A stretch of 63,727 bases of DNA, the filler included, from Deltaproteobacteria bacterium (GTDB lineage Bacteria; Myxococcota; JACRCW01): the NCBI GenBank assembly GCA_016218805.1. It is 4 parts of 4 records of this genome, joined end to end, with 100 filler letters (N's around TTAATTAATTAA, not from the genome) between each part and the next. Parts side by side here need not be neighbours in the genome. Positions count along the whole stretch, not along the records: positions 38,136 to 57,071 come from JACRCW010000167.1; 3 more parts are not named here. One strand, 5' to 3'. How positions within the stretch are numbered: the stretch's first letter is position 1; each line of letters starts with the position of its first letter. The position numbers were made by a program, and so were the translations under genes. Below the pieces are notes generated by a model. The model ran no database searches, was not told the origin of the DNA, and saw nothing but the letters and a program-made list of their open reading frames with translations. Positions 38,569-48,157 of this stretch are shown piece after piece.

Positions 38569-39393
38569 ATGGCGCGCGAGAAGGACCTCCTGCACAAGAG
38601 CGACGAGCACAACGCTCGGGGAATTGAGCTGGCCGACAAGGGCTGGCTGGAGGAGGCCATCAACGAGTTCAAGAAAGCCATTGCCCTGGACCCGGACAGC
38701 GCGCACGCGCATGACAACCTGGCCTCCGTCTACGCGGAGCGGGGGCAGTTCCTGGAGGCGCTGGACGAATACCTGGCCGCCATCCGCCTGGAGCCGCAGG
38801 CGCCCACCGCGCACTACAACCTGGCCAGCTTCCTGGCCGCGCGCGCCCATGACGTGGCCGTGGCCGAATACAAGGCGTGCGTGGAGCTGGAGTTTGACTA
38901 CCCGGACGTGCACCTGAACCTGGGGCTGACCTACGCGGAGCGCGGCATGTTTGAGGAGGCCCTGGCGGAGTACGCCACCGCCCTCAAGCTGCAGCCGGGG
39001 GACCCGGTGGCCCACCATGAAACGGCCACCGTGCTCATGGACCAGGGCCGCTACGGCGAGGCCGTGGGCCACCTCAAGAGCGTGCTGAAGGTGGAGCCGG
39101 ACAGCGTTGACGCGCTCATTGACCTGGGCATCTGTTACACGGCCAAGGGCTTCTACACTGAGGCGGAGAAACACCTGGTGCACGCGCACCAGAAGGCCCC
39201 GGACGACGCGCTCTGCCACTACTACCTGGCCGGCCTGTGCGCCGCGCGCACCCGCGTGGATGAGGCGCTGGACCACCTGGGCAAGGCCTTTGCCAAGGAG
39301 CCGGACCGCGTGCGGCAATGGGCGGACACCGACCGGATGTTTGACGCCATCCGCGCTGACGCGCGCTTCCAGGACATCCTGCGCCCGTCCTGA
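38569..39393 (+). CDS. TPR repeat protein
   Basis: Repeated AH.NL(A/G)..Y...G...EA...(F/Y)..A..L.P motifs. Confidence 0.92.
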   Translation: MAREKDLLHKSDEHNARGIELADKGWLEEAINEFKKAIALDPDSAHAHDNLASVYAERGQFLEALDEYLAAIRLEPQAPTAHYNLASFLAARAHDVAVAEYKACVELEFDYPDVHLNLGLTYAERGMFEEALAEYATALKLQPGDPVAHHETATVLMDQGRYGEAVGHLKSVLKVEPDSVDALIDLGICYTAKGFYTEAEKHLVHAHQKAPDDALCHYYLAGLCAARTRVDEALDHLGKAFAKEPDRVRQWADTDRMFDAIRADARFQDILRPS

Positions 39394-39496
39394 CGGCGCA
39401 CCGAGGCGATAGATTGCCGCACGCGCCCAACCAACACACCCCGTCCCACCGCCACGCCCTCCGTGGCACGGGCCCTGCTGCCAGGGGGGGCCAACC

Positions 39497-41971
39497 ATGA
39501 AGGGAGCGTGGATGCGGCGCCTGGCGTGGGTGATGGGCGGGGTGGTGCTGGCCCTTTGCACCGTGGTGGGGGGGACGTTGTTTGTGGTGCTGCGGGACCT
39601 GCCGTCGCTGGGAGGGATGCAGGACTACCGCCCGCCGGTGGCGGCCAAGGTCTTTGACCGCAACGGTGAGCTCATTGCCAGCTTCTACAAGGAGCGCCGC
39701 ACCGTGGTGCGCCGTGAGGACATCCCCGGCCGCCTGGTCAACGCATTCCTGGCCGCCGAGGACGCGGACTTCTACGGGCACGGTGGCGTGGACCCCTCAG
39801 GCATTGCCGCGGCCATCCTGCAGGAGGTGGCGCACCGCGTGGCGGGGTCGCCGCGGCGGGGCGGGTCCACCATCACCCAACAGGTGGCCAAGACGTTCCT
39901 GCTCAGCCCGGAGCAGACCTACACACGCAAGATCCGTGAAGCGGTGCTGGCCTACCGGATTGAAGAGGCGTTCACCAAGGACGAGATCATCGCGCTGTAC
40001 CTCAACCAGATTTACTTTGGGAACGGCGCGTACGGCGTGGAGGAGGCGGCGCAGACGTATTTTGGCAAGCACGTGGGCGAACTGACGCTGGCCGAGTGCG
40101 CCGTGATGGCGGCCATCCCCAAGAGCCCGACGAAGATCAACCCCGTGCACAACCCCAACCGCACCCTGCAGCGGCGCGCGTACGTGCTGGGACAGATGCA
40201 GGCGCGCGGCCTGGCGTCCGCCGAGGACGTGGCGCAGGCCATGACGGCCCCCTTGTTCCGTGACCGGCCGCCGCCGGAATTCCTGGGGCGGGCGCCGTAC
40301 TACGCGGAGGAGGTCCGGCGGGAACTGGTCAAGCGCTTTGGCGAGGACGCCGTGTTCCACGACGGACTGGTGGCCTACGCCGCGGTGGACGCGCGGCTGG
40401 ACGTGCTGGCCTCCCGCGCGCTGCAGGCCGGCCTGCGGGACGTGGACCGCCGCCGCGGCTTCCGCGGGCCGCTCATCCGCGTGGACCCGGACGAGATGAA
40501 GGGCTTTGTGGCCACGGTGCGGCGGGACATGGAGGACCGCCTCCCGCCGAACCCCGCCGAGCGCGCGCTGCTGGCCTGGGACTGGACGCTGGTCACCGCT
40601 GCGCACGTGCGCATGGGTGAGGAGGGCGCCAGCCAGGTTCGCATTGTCTACCGCGACGTGGGCGGGCAGCTGGCGGCGGTGGTGGAGTCCATTGCTGCGG
40701 ACGGGCGTGAGGCGCTGATGGACCTGGGGACCACGCGCGGCGTGCTGCCACTGGCGGAGGTGAAGTGGGCGCGGCCGCGGCTCCCCAGCGGCGAGCTGGG
40801 GCCGCCGCCCAAGGGCGTGGGCGACGTGCTGCGCCCCGGCGACGTGGTGCTGGTGCGGATCACCAAGGAGGCGCCGGTCCCCGGCAGCGGCACCGCCACC
40901 GTCCCGCAGCTGTCACTGGAACAGCGCCCGGACGTGCAGGGCGCGGTGGTGGCCGTGGAGCCGGAGACGCGGCGCGTGCGCGCCATGGTGGGCGGGATGG
41001 ACTTCAGGCGGTCCAGCTTCAACCGCGCCACCCAGGCGCGCCGCCAGCCGGGCAGCAGCTTCAAGCCGTTCATCTACGCGGCCGCCATCAAGAGCCGCGC
41101 GTTCACCCCGGCCACCATCCTGGTGGACGCGCCCAAGGTGTTTGTTGACCGCGGCGCGGGCAGGGACTGGAAGCCGGAAAACAGTGACGGCCGCTTCCGC
41201 GGTGACATCCGCCTGCGCGAATGCCTCACGCACTCCGTCAACATCTGCTCCATCACGCTGGTGGAGGCGCTCACGCCGCCGCAGGTCATTGGCATTGCCC
41301 GCAAGGTGGGCCTGGGGGACGCCTGGCCGGACAACCTGACCCTGGCGCTGGGAACCGGCGAGGTCACGCCGCTGGCGCTGGCCAACGCGTACGCCACCTT
41401 TGCGGACGAAGGGCGCTACGCACCGCCGGTGGTGCTGGAGAAGGTGAAGAACGCGGAGGGGAAGGTGCTGCTGGAGGCGCAGGTGGAGAAGGTGGAGGTG
41501 TTTGACCCGGCCACCGCGTTCGTGACGCTGTCCATGATGAAGAGCGTGGTGGAGGCGGGCACCGCGCGGCGGGTGAAGGAACTGGGCCGCCCGGTGGCCG
41601 GCAAGACGGGCACCACCAGCGAAGCGCGTGACGCGTGGTTCGGCGGGTGCGTGCCGGGGATGTGCAGCACGGTGTTCATTGGGATGGACAACAACGAACC
41701 GCTGGGCCCCGCGGAGGCCGGCGGCCGCGCGGCGGCACCCGTGTTCCTGGACTTCTACCGCGCCGCCCTGGAGGGCGCGCCCATCCGTGACTTTGAGCCG
41801 CCCGCGGGCGTGGAGATCCACGCCATTGATCCCAAGACGGGTCTGCTGGCGGCGGAATCGCAAGCGGACGCCATGGCCGAGGTGTTCCTGGAGGGGACCG
41901 CCCCCACCGAGGTGGTCAGCCCCGGTGGCGGCAGCCGGCCCGACGAGTGGCGCGACGACGAGGCGCCCTGA
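39497..41971 (+). CDS. mrcA: Penicillin-binding protein 1A (class A PBP)
   Basis: AAED..FY.H.G, GGSTITQQ, YLNQIYFG, RQPGSSFKP, SVN, GKTGT. Confidence 0.95.
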   Translation: MKGAWMRRLAWVMGGVVLALCTVVGGTLFVVLRDLPSLGGMQDYRPPVAAKVFDRNGELIASFYKERRTVVRREDIPGRLVNAFLAAEDADFYGHGGVDPSGIAAAILQEVAHRVAGSPRRGGSTITQQVAKTFLLSPEQTYTRKIREAVLAYRIEEAFTKDEIIALYLNQIYFGNGAYGVEEAAQTYFGKHVGELTLAECAVMAAIPKSPTKINPVHNPNRTLQRRAYVLGQMQARGLASAEDVAQAMTAPLFRDRPPPEFLGRAPYYAEEVRRELVKRFGEDAVFHDGLVAYAAVDARLDVLASRALQAGLRDVDRRRGFRGPLIRVDPDEMKGFVATVRRDMEDRLPPNPAERALLAWDWTLVTAAHVRMGEEGASQVRIVYRDVGGQLAAVVESIAADGREALMDLGTTRGVLPLAEVKWARPRLPSGELGPPPKGVGDVLRPGDVVLVRITKEAPVPGSGTATVPQLSLEQRPDVQGAVVAVEPETRRVRAMVGGMDFRRSSFNRATQARRQPGSSFKPFIYAAAIKSRAFTPATILVDAPKVFVDRGAGRDWKPENSDGRFRGDIRLRECLTHSVNICSITLVEALTPPQVIGIARKVGLGDAWPDNLTLALGTGEVTPLALANAYATFADEGRYAPPVVLEKVKNAEGKVLLEAQVEKVEVFDPATAFVTLSMMKSVVEAGTARRVKELGRPVAGKTGTTSEARDAWFGGCVPGMCSTVFIGMDNNEPLGPAEAGGRAAAPVFLDFYRAALEGAPIRDFEPPAGVEIHAIDPKTGLLAAESQADAMAEVFLEGTAPTEVVSPGGGSRPDEWRDDEAP

Positions 41972-41974
41972 CCT

Positions 41975-42553
41975 TCACACCACCCCGCGCGCCTTGAGCA
42001 CATCCTCCCAGGCGCGGCGCGTTCCCTTCTTGGCCCGCCGTGACGGACCGGCCCGCAGCGCCGCCGTGATCGCGGCCGGGCGCCGCAGCACAAACGCGTG
42101 CGCCAGGGCCAGCGCCACCGCGTCGGAGGCGTCCTGCTGGGCTACTTCGGGCAGGCGCATCAGGGTGGCCACCAGGTGCTGCACCGCCTCCTTGCTGGCG
42201 CGGCCGTGGCCCGTGACGGCCAGTTTCACCTGCATGGGGCCGTACTCCACCACCTCCAGGCCCGCCTGCGCCACGGTCACCAGCGCCGCCCCGCGCGCCT
42301 GCCCCAGCACCAGCGCGCTGCGTGCGTTCTTGGAATGGTACGCGGTCTCCATGGAGCAGATGCTGGGACGGTGCTGCGCCACCACGGCCGCCAGACCCGC
42401 CGCAATGCGCACCAGGCGGGACGCCAGCGGGCTCGCCTCCGGCGAGCAGATGACGCCGTTGTCCACGTGGTCCGTGGCGCCGTCAGCTCGCAGGTCCACC
42501 ACGGCCCACCCGGTGCGCAGGCTGCCCGGGTCAACGCCGAGGATGCGGGTCAC
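41975..42553 (-). CDS. ruvC: Holliday junction resolvase RuvC
   Basis: ILGVDPGSLRTGW, LGQARG, VTGHGRASK, DASDAVALA. Confidence 0.96.
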   Translation of the reverse strand: MTRILGVDPGSLRTGWAVVDLRADGATDHVDNGVICSPEASPLASRLVRIAAGLAAVVAQHRPSICSMETAYHSKNARSALVLGQARGAALVTVAQAGLEVVEYGPMQVKLAVTGHGRASKEAVQHLVATLMRLPEVAQQDASDAVALALAHAFVLRRPAAITAALRAGPSRRAKKGTRRAWEDVLKARGVV

Positions 42554-44871
42554 GGTGGCGGGGGCGGGGGGGGCGGAGGTGGCGGCGGAGGCGGCGGCGG
42601 ACCTGCACCGCGGCGCCTCCGGGGCGTGTCCTTGGGCGGTGGGGGCGCCGGCGTGTCGCCGGGGGTGAGCGTGATCTCCGCGGCCGCACCCTTGGCCACC
42701 TCCACCGTTTGCTTGGTCGTCGCGCCGCTGGCCGGGTCATCCAGCCTGAGGCGATAGGAGCCCGGCCGGAAGAACAGCGGGTCCACCGGCGCCTTGAACG
42801 GCATCTTCCTGCCGTTGATGAAGATGACCGTCCCGTCCGGCGCCCTGACCACGATGGCGCCCATCTCCTTGGGGAACTTGATGGCCGGCGCATCCGCGGC
42901 GGGCGGCGCCGGGGGCGGCGGCGGGGGCTTCTCGGCAACCGGGGGCTCGGCCGGCTTTTCGGCGGGTTTCTCGGCGACGGGCTCAACGGGCTGCTCGGCG
43001 GGCTTTTCGGCGGGCTTCTCAGCGACGGGTTCCGCCGGCTTTTCCGCAACGGGTTCCGCCGGCTTCTCCGCAACGGGCTCCGCCGGCTTTTCCGCGACGG
43101 GTTCCGCCGGCTTCTCCACCGGCTTCTCCGCAACGGGCTCCACCGGCTTTTCAGCGGGCTTCGCAACCGGCGGGGGAGTCTCGGCGGGCGGGGTCTGCGC
43201 GGCGCCGGGGCCCAGCACAAAATACCACCCGGCACCACCGCCAACGGCCAGCAGCCCCACGAGGGCCGCCACCAGTCCCCCCTTGCCGCCGCCGGACGGC
43301 CCGCGCAGGTCCGCACCTCCCGGCGGGACCAGGGCCGCGGCCGGGGCCAGTGCCATGGCGGGGACACCCGTGGGTGCCGGAGGGGGCGTGGACGCAAACG
43401 CCCCGCGCAGCTCCGGGCTGGCCAGCGGCCGGCCCAGGTCCGCCCGCTCCGTCGGCGCGGCGTCCACGTCCAGCAGCAGCGGCGCCGGGGGCGGCGGGAG
43501 GTACCCGCCGGGCATGGTGACCTCGGCCGGAGTGGCCAGGGAGCCGGGCGGCAGCGTCACCGGCATGGGGAGCGCCATGTCAGCCGTCTGGGCCTGTTCC
43601 GCCGCGCGCTGGCGGTCCGCCAGGGCGCTGAGCGGCAGGTCATCCTCCGGGGCTGTGACCGGGGTCTCCAGCGCGTGCTGCGGCGGCGCACTGGGTCTGG
43701 GGGGCGGGGGCGGGAGCGCAATGGCGCCGTCCGCGGACAGCGGAAGCGGCGCGGGCGTGGACGGCGGAGTGGCCAACCCGGTGGGCAGCGGCGTGGCCAA
43801 CAGCGTGCGGCGCGGTCCGGGCGCGGGCACGCCCGGCATGGACGCACCGTCCGAACCCATGGACAGCGGCGTGAGGTCCAGCGCCGGAATGGCCGGCGTC
43901 TCCGGCATGGGTGGACCCGCCAGCGTGCCGGCCTGTGCCACCGGACCGGTCCACGCAGCCCGCAGCGGGTGGCCGTCCGGCATCAACCGCCCAATGAACC
44001 CCGCCACATCCGCTGGGGAAGCCTGCAGCCGCGCCAGCTCCAGGAACCGCTCCAGCGTGGAGCCAAAGGCGACGGCGGACTGGAAGCGCTCCGCCGGGTT
44101 CTTGGCCAGCCCCGTGGACAGCATGTCACCCAGCGCGGGCGGCAGCATGGGGGCCAGCGCCCGGGCGTCCGGGACGGGAGACTCCAGGATCAGGCGGAGG
44201 GTGTCCGCCGCCGTGTTGCCGCTGTAGGGCGGGCGGCCGGTGACCAGGCGGTAGAGGATGGCCGCCGCGGAGTACACGTCAGACCGCCGGTCCGGCGCAC
44301 CACCGCGCGCCAGCTCCGGGGACACAAACCACAGGCGGCTTTCGTTGCCCTCCTGGGCGCGCGCCTGCACGCTGGGGTTGGCCAGCCCCAGGTCCATGAT
44401 GCGCACGTCACCGTCAATGTTGAGCCACACGCTGTCCGGCGTGAGGTCGGTGTGCAGCAGGTTCATGGGCGCGCCGGAGGCGTCCACCGCCTCGTGGATG
44501 GCGTGCAGCCCCTTGCACAGCTCCGCCACCAGGTGCACCGCCAGCGGCCCGGGGATGGGCGTGGCCGTGATGGCCGCCTCGCGCAGCAGCACCGCCAGCG
44601 TGATGCCCGGGTTGGCCTCAAACATCCCGGCAATGCCCGCGCCGTCCGTCAGCACGTCCAGCACGCTGACCACGTTGGCGTTCCGCAGCTGGGTGGCGCA
44701 GCCCAGCAGGGCCTGCGCCGCCTGCGCGCCCGGCGGCGCCCCCGCGTGCATCACCCGCCGCACCAGCACCGGCACCGCGCCGGGGCCGGCGGGCAGCTCG
44801 GCCACCAGGGTCTCGCCGGGGGCACCCGACGGCAGGGAACCCACGATCCGAAGTGCGGCCAAGTCCGTCAT
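42550..44871 (-). CDS. Hanks-type Ser/Thr kinase-like protein (probable pseudokinase) with TM, PVAEKPAE repeats and a PEGA-like domain
   Basis: HTDLTPDS, DLG, SPE, RSDVYS, LVTGRPPY; hydrophobic segment; Pro-rich repeats. Confidence 0.85.
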   Translation of the reverse strand: MTDLAALRIVGSLPSGAPGETLVAELPAGPGAVPVLVRRVMHAGAPPGAQAAQALLGCATQLRNANVVSVLDVLTDGAGIAGMFEANPGITLAVLLREAAITATPIPGPLAVHLVAELCKGLHAIHEAVDASGAPMNLLHTDLTPDSVWLNIDGDVRIMDLGLANPSVQARAQEGNESRLWFVSPELARGGAPDRRSDVYSAAAILYRLVTGRPPYSGNTAADTLRLILESPVPDARALAPMLPPALGDMLSTGLAKNPAERFQSAVAFGSTLERFLELARLQASPADVAGFIGRLMPDGHPLRAAWTGPVAQAGTLAGPPMPETPAIPALDLTPLSMGSDGASMPGVPAPGPRRTLLATPLPTGLATPPSTPAPLPLSADGAIALPPPPPRPSAPPQHALETPVTAPEDDLPLSALADRQRAAEQAQTADMALPMPVTLPPGSLATPAEVTMPGGYLPPPPAPLLLDVDAAPTERADLGRPLASPELRGAFASTPPPAPTGVPAMALAPAAALVPPGGADLRGPSGGGKGGLVAALVGLLAVGGGAGWYFVLGPGAAQTPPAETPPPVAKPAEKPVEPVAEKPVEKPAEPVAEKPAEPVAEKPAEPVAEKPAEPVAEKPAEKPAEQPVEPVAEKPAEKPAEPPVAEKPPPPPPAPPAADAPAIKFPKEMGAIVVRAPDGTVIFINGRKMPFKAPVDPLFFRPGSYRLRLDDPASGATTKQTVEVAKGAAAEITLTPGDTPAPPPPKDTPRRRRGAGPPPPPPPPPPPPPPPP
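42930..43170. repeat. Coding 24-nt (EPVAEKPA) tandem repeats
   Basis: GGG(T/C)TCCGCCGGCTT(T/C)TCCGCAAC repeated with minor variation. Confidence 0.85.
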
Positions 44872-44897
44872 GGAACCTCCGGGCGCGCCCGCGCGCC

Positions 44898-45656
44898 TCA
44901 GGCGCGCGAGAGCGCCTCCATCTCCGCCTGGTCGATGTCAAAGTTCGCGTGCACCTTCTGCACGTCGTCGTTCTCCTCCAGGCGCTCCATCAGCTTGAGC
45001 ATGGTGGAGGCCTCCTGGCCAGAAATCTTCACCGTCGCCTGGGGAATCATGGTGATGTCGGCCGTGGCCGGCTTCAGCCCCGCCTTCTCAAACGCCATCT
45101 TGAGCGGCTCGTACGCCGCCGGCTCCGCCTTGACGTCAATGCTGCCGTCCGCTTCAGCCACGTCCTCCGCGCCGTGCTCCAGCGCCACTTCCATCACCTT
45201 GTCCTCCGTGGCCCCGGAGTCCGTCTCAAAGGAGAAGAACGCCTTGCGCGCAAACTGCCACGCCACCGCCCCGGACTGCGCCAGCGTGCCACCGGTCCGG
45301 GTGAACACAGAACGGATTTCCCCGGCGGTGCGGTGCCGGTTGTCCGTGGTCACTTCAACCAGGACGGCCACGCCGCCCGGGCCGTAGCCCTCATAGATGA
45401 GCTCCTCCAGCGTCTCGCCTTCACCCAGGGCACCGGCGCCGCGCTTGATGGCGCGCTCCATGGTGTCCTTGGGCATGCTGACCGCCTTGGCGTCATCCAC
45501 CGCCTTGCGCAGCCGGAAGTTGCTGTCCACGTCGGGGCCACCCTGGCGGACGGCCACGGTGATCTCGCGGATGAGCTTGGTCCAGGAGGCGGAACGTGCC
45601 GCGTCCGCCTTGCCCTTGGTGTGCTTGATCTTGCTCCATTTGTTGTGGCCGGACAT
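44898..45656 (-). CDS. yebC: YebC/PmpR family protein
   Basis: MSGHNKWSKIKHTK, YEGYGPGGVA, TDNRHRT, DDVQKVHAN. Confidence 0.97.
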   Translation of the reverse strand: MSGHNKWSKIKHTKGKADAARSASWTKLIREITVAVRQGGPDVDSNFRLRKAVDDAKAVSMPKDTMERAIKRGAGALGEGETLEELIYEGYGPGGVAVLVEVTTDNRHRTAGEIRSVFTRTGGTLAQSGAVAWQFARKAFFSFETDSGATEDKVMEVALEHGAEDVAEADGSIDVKAEPAAYEPLKMAFEKAGLKPATADITMIPQATVKISGQEASTMLKLMERLEENDDVQKVHANFDIDQAEMEALSRA

Positions 45657-46041
45657 GAATCGTCATCCTTCGCTGGTCTGCCCGCCCAGGCGGGGCCGTG
45701 GTCCCGTCGACAAAAGGGCCGTCCGGCTAGCACGGCAGGTGGGGGGCCGCAACAACGCAACGGCGACAACCGCGCGCGCGAAAGCACACGCCAGCCTTGC
45801 GACCCGTTCCGCGCATGCCGGGGGAAGCCCCCGCCCGCCGTGCGGCGCGTCCTCTTGACCGTCGCCGCGGGGGCGGGGCAGCGTCCGCGGCTGCTGCCGC
45901 ACAGGAGATCGCCATCTTGCCGCCACGTCTCATGGACTACGACACCGCCTGGACCGACGGCCGGCCCGGTTTGAGCGGCGGGAAAGGCCACGCCGCGCGC
46001 ATGGCAACGAACACGTAGCGGGCAGGGTACGGGAGGATGCG

Positions 46042-46527
46042 ATGAAGCGCCTGGCGTGGGAGACGCTGGTCCTGGCGGCGGTGCTATGCGGCTGCCCGCG
46101 TCGTGAAAACCCGGAGCGCACCTGCAACTCCGCCGCGGATTGCGTGCCCAGCGAGACGTGCAGCGGCGGCATCTGCGTGGCGCGCACCGGCGGGTCATCC
46201 TCCGGGACGCCGGGCAGCTCCAGCGCGACGGGCCTCAGCAGCAGCAGCGCATCAGCCGCGAGCAGCGCATCAGCCGCCAGCAGCGCATCAGCCGCGAGCA
46301 GCGCATCAGCCGCGAGCAGCGCCGCGCCGGCGACCAGCCAGGTCCCTGTGTCCAGTTCGTCGTCGGCCGCACTGCCGTCCAGCAGCGCATCCGTGGCCAC
46401 CAGCGCGGCACCGGGCAGCAGTTCATCAGCGGGAGGCGGCTCCAGCAGCCTCCTTCCGTCCTCATCCAGCGCGGCCGTCCCGGACTTCTGGGACACCGCC
46501 ACCTGGGACAACGGCATTTGGCACTGA
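46042..46527 (+). CDS. Small lipoprotein: Cys module, Ser/Ala stalk and C-terminal WDxxxWDxxxW motif
   Basis: GGGAGG RBS, VLCGC lipobox, four 18-nt AGCAGCGCATCAGCCGC(G/C) repeats, FWDTATWDNGIWH. Confidence 0.8.
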   Translation: MKRLAWETLVLAAVLCGCPRRENPERTCNSAADCVPSETCSGGICVARTGGSSSGTPGSSSATGLSSSSASAASSASAASSASAASSASAASSAAPATSQVPVSSSSSAALPSSSASVATSAAPGSSSSAGGGSSSLLPSSSSAAVPDFWDTATWDNGIWH

Positions 46528-46540
46528 TTGGGAGGTGGTG

Positions 46541-47266
46541 ATGAAGAGCTCACTCAAGACAACGGTCCTGTTCGCCGCGCTGGGGGCCGGTCTGGCCAGC
46601 ACGGTGGCCATAGCCGCCAATGTGACGCTGCCGTACACGTTCTCCGCCGGCACGGTGATCCGGGCGGCTGAAGTCAACGCCAACTTCCAGGCCATCCAGG
46701 TGGCCAACGACGACAACCAGGCGCAAATCACCGCGCTGGACCAGCGCGTCCGCCTGCAGGAGGTGTGGACCCCGCCGCGGGTGGGCGCGTTCAACCTGGG
46801 CGCGGTGGACTTCGCGCCCACCGTGACGGGGACCACCATCGTCCACCGGGTCTATGACGAGTTCGGCGCGTCACCCATGGGTGCCAAGATTGGCGCGGCG
46901 ATCCACCCGTACAACGGTTCCACGCCCACGCAGCTGGCCTGCTGGTTTTCCACGGACCTCAGCGGTGACCCGACCTCCAAGGTCCGCGCCACCCTGTGGA
47001 GCATCCCCATGGCCGGGGGCGCTGCTGCCCCGGGAGCTGTCCCGCTGGCCGCCGTGGAGCTGACGGGTCAGTCCCCGGTGAACACGCCCACTGAGTTCAG
47101 CACCGGCGCGTTCGTCGGTCCGCTGGGACGCACGGAGTTCGTCACCTGGGACGGCGTGACGGGCTATCGTTTTGTTGTGGAGATTGAGTTCGTGAACAAG
47201 AGCTATCCCAACTTCAAAGTGTACGGCTGCACGGTCCGCTGGCAGGCGGCAACCGCGGCGCCCTGA
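46541..47266 (+). CDS. Secreted fibre-like protein (PxxFxxGxxIxAxEVNANF N-terminus, short coiled coil, beta-rich head)
   Basis: GGAGGT RBS, signal peptide ending AIA, LPYTFSAGTVIRAAEVNANF, ITALDQRVR. Confidence 0.75.
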   Translation: MKSSLKTTVLFAALGAGLASTVAIAANVTLPYTFSAGTVIRAAEVNANFQAIQVANDDNQAQITALDQRVRLQEVWTPPRVGAFNLGAVDFAPTVTGTTIVHRVYDEFGASPMGAKIGAAIHPYNGSTPTQLACWFSTDLSGDPTSKVRATLWSIPMAGGAAAPGAVPLAAVELTGQSPVNTPTEFSTGAFVGPLGRTEFVTWDGVTGYRFVVEIEFVNKSYPNFKVYGCTVRWQAATAAP

Positions 47267-47483
47267 AGCTCCGCCGGCGCACCCATCCAGAAACCGCCAC
47301 CCACGCACGCGGGTGACGTTGCGGCAGCTGTCAAACCGCAGCGCCACTTGTGCCTGCACAACCAGGCCGCAAACCGGGAGCCTGATCTGCCGGGAATAGG
47401 GTCCGGGCACGGGGTGTTGACCACTCGGAAGCGGCCGAACGGGTCGCAGGACAACACCCGGGGACGGGACACAGGAGCATGCC

Positions 47484-47903
47484 ATGGAGAAGAAGACGGC
47501 AAAGAAGGAAGGCCAGAAGGCGCTGCGCGGATTCGCGCGTAACCCGGAGCTCGCCAGGATCGCCGGCCGCAAGGGCGGCATGAGCGTGGCCCCGTCGGAG
47601 AGGTCGTTCAGCAAGAACCATGACCTGGCGCGCCAGGCCGGCCGCAAGGGCGGCCAGAGTGTGGCCCCTGCGGAGCGTTCCTTCAGCAAGAACCATGAGT
47701 TGGCCCGCCAGGCCGGCCGCAAGGGCGGCATGAGCGTTCCGCCGCAGGAGCGGTCCTTCAGCAAGAACCCGGAGTTGGCCCGCGAAGCCGGCCGCAAGGG
47801 TGGCAGCACCTCCGGCGTGAAGCGCGCCGCGGGGATGGCCGCGCGTGCCGCCGAGGACCATGAGGACGTGCTGGCGGTGCCCGAGACGACGACGGAAGAG
47901 TGA
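47484..47903 (+). CDS. KGG-repeat general stress protein
   Basis: Four 25-aa (75-nt) F.(R/K)N..LAR.AGRKGG repeats; AGGAG RBS. Confidence 0.9.
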   Translation: MEKKTAKKEGQKALRGFARNPELARIAGRKGGMSVAPSERSFSKNHDLARQAGRKGGQSVAPAERSFSKNHELARQAGRKGGMSVPPQERSFSKNPELAREAGRKGGSTSGVKRAAGMAARAAEDHEDVLAVPETTTEE

Positions 47904-48157
47904 GCCAGCGCGGTATGAGGTGTGCGGCGCGGCGGTCCCGGTGTGGGGTCGCCGCGCTTCGCCGTTGAGGCGCCCGGCGTGGCGCGGCGCCTGTTCCTGC
48001 AACCGGATCTCAGGGTCCGCCGCGCGGTGCGCACGCCGTGCGCGAAAAGGGCCCATTCCCTCCGCGGGCGCGGTTGACCCGCCGCGTAGGTACTCCTAGG
48101 TTCCGCGCCCTCGACGGGCGGCAGCGGTGCCGCCGTCGCCACGATCGGAGAGGCGCC

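Noticed and set aside
47530..47805. 75-nt repeats as a non-coding array
   Set aside because: Explained by the KGG protein repeats.
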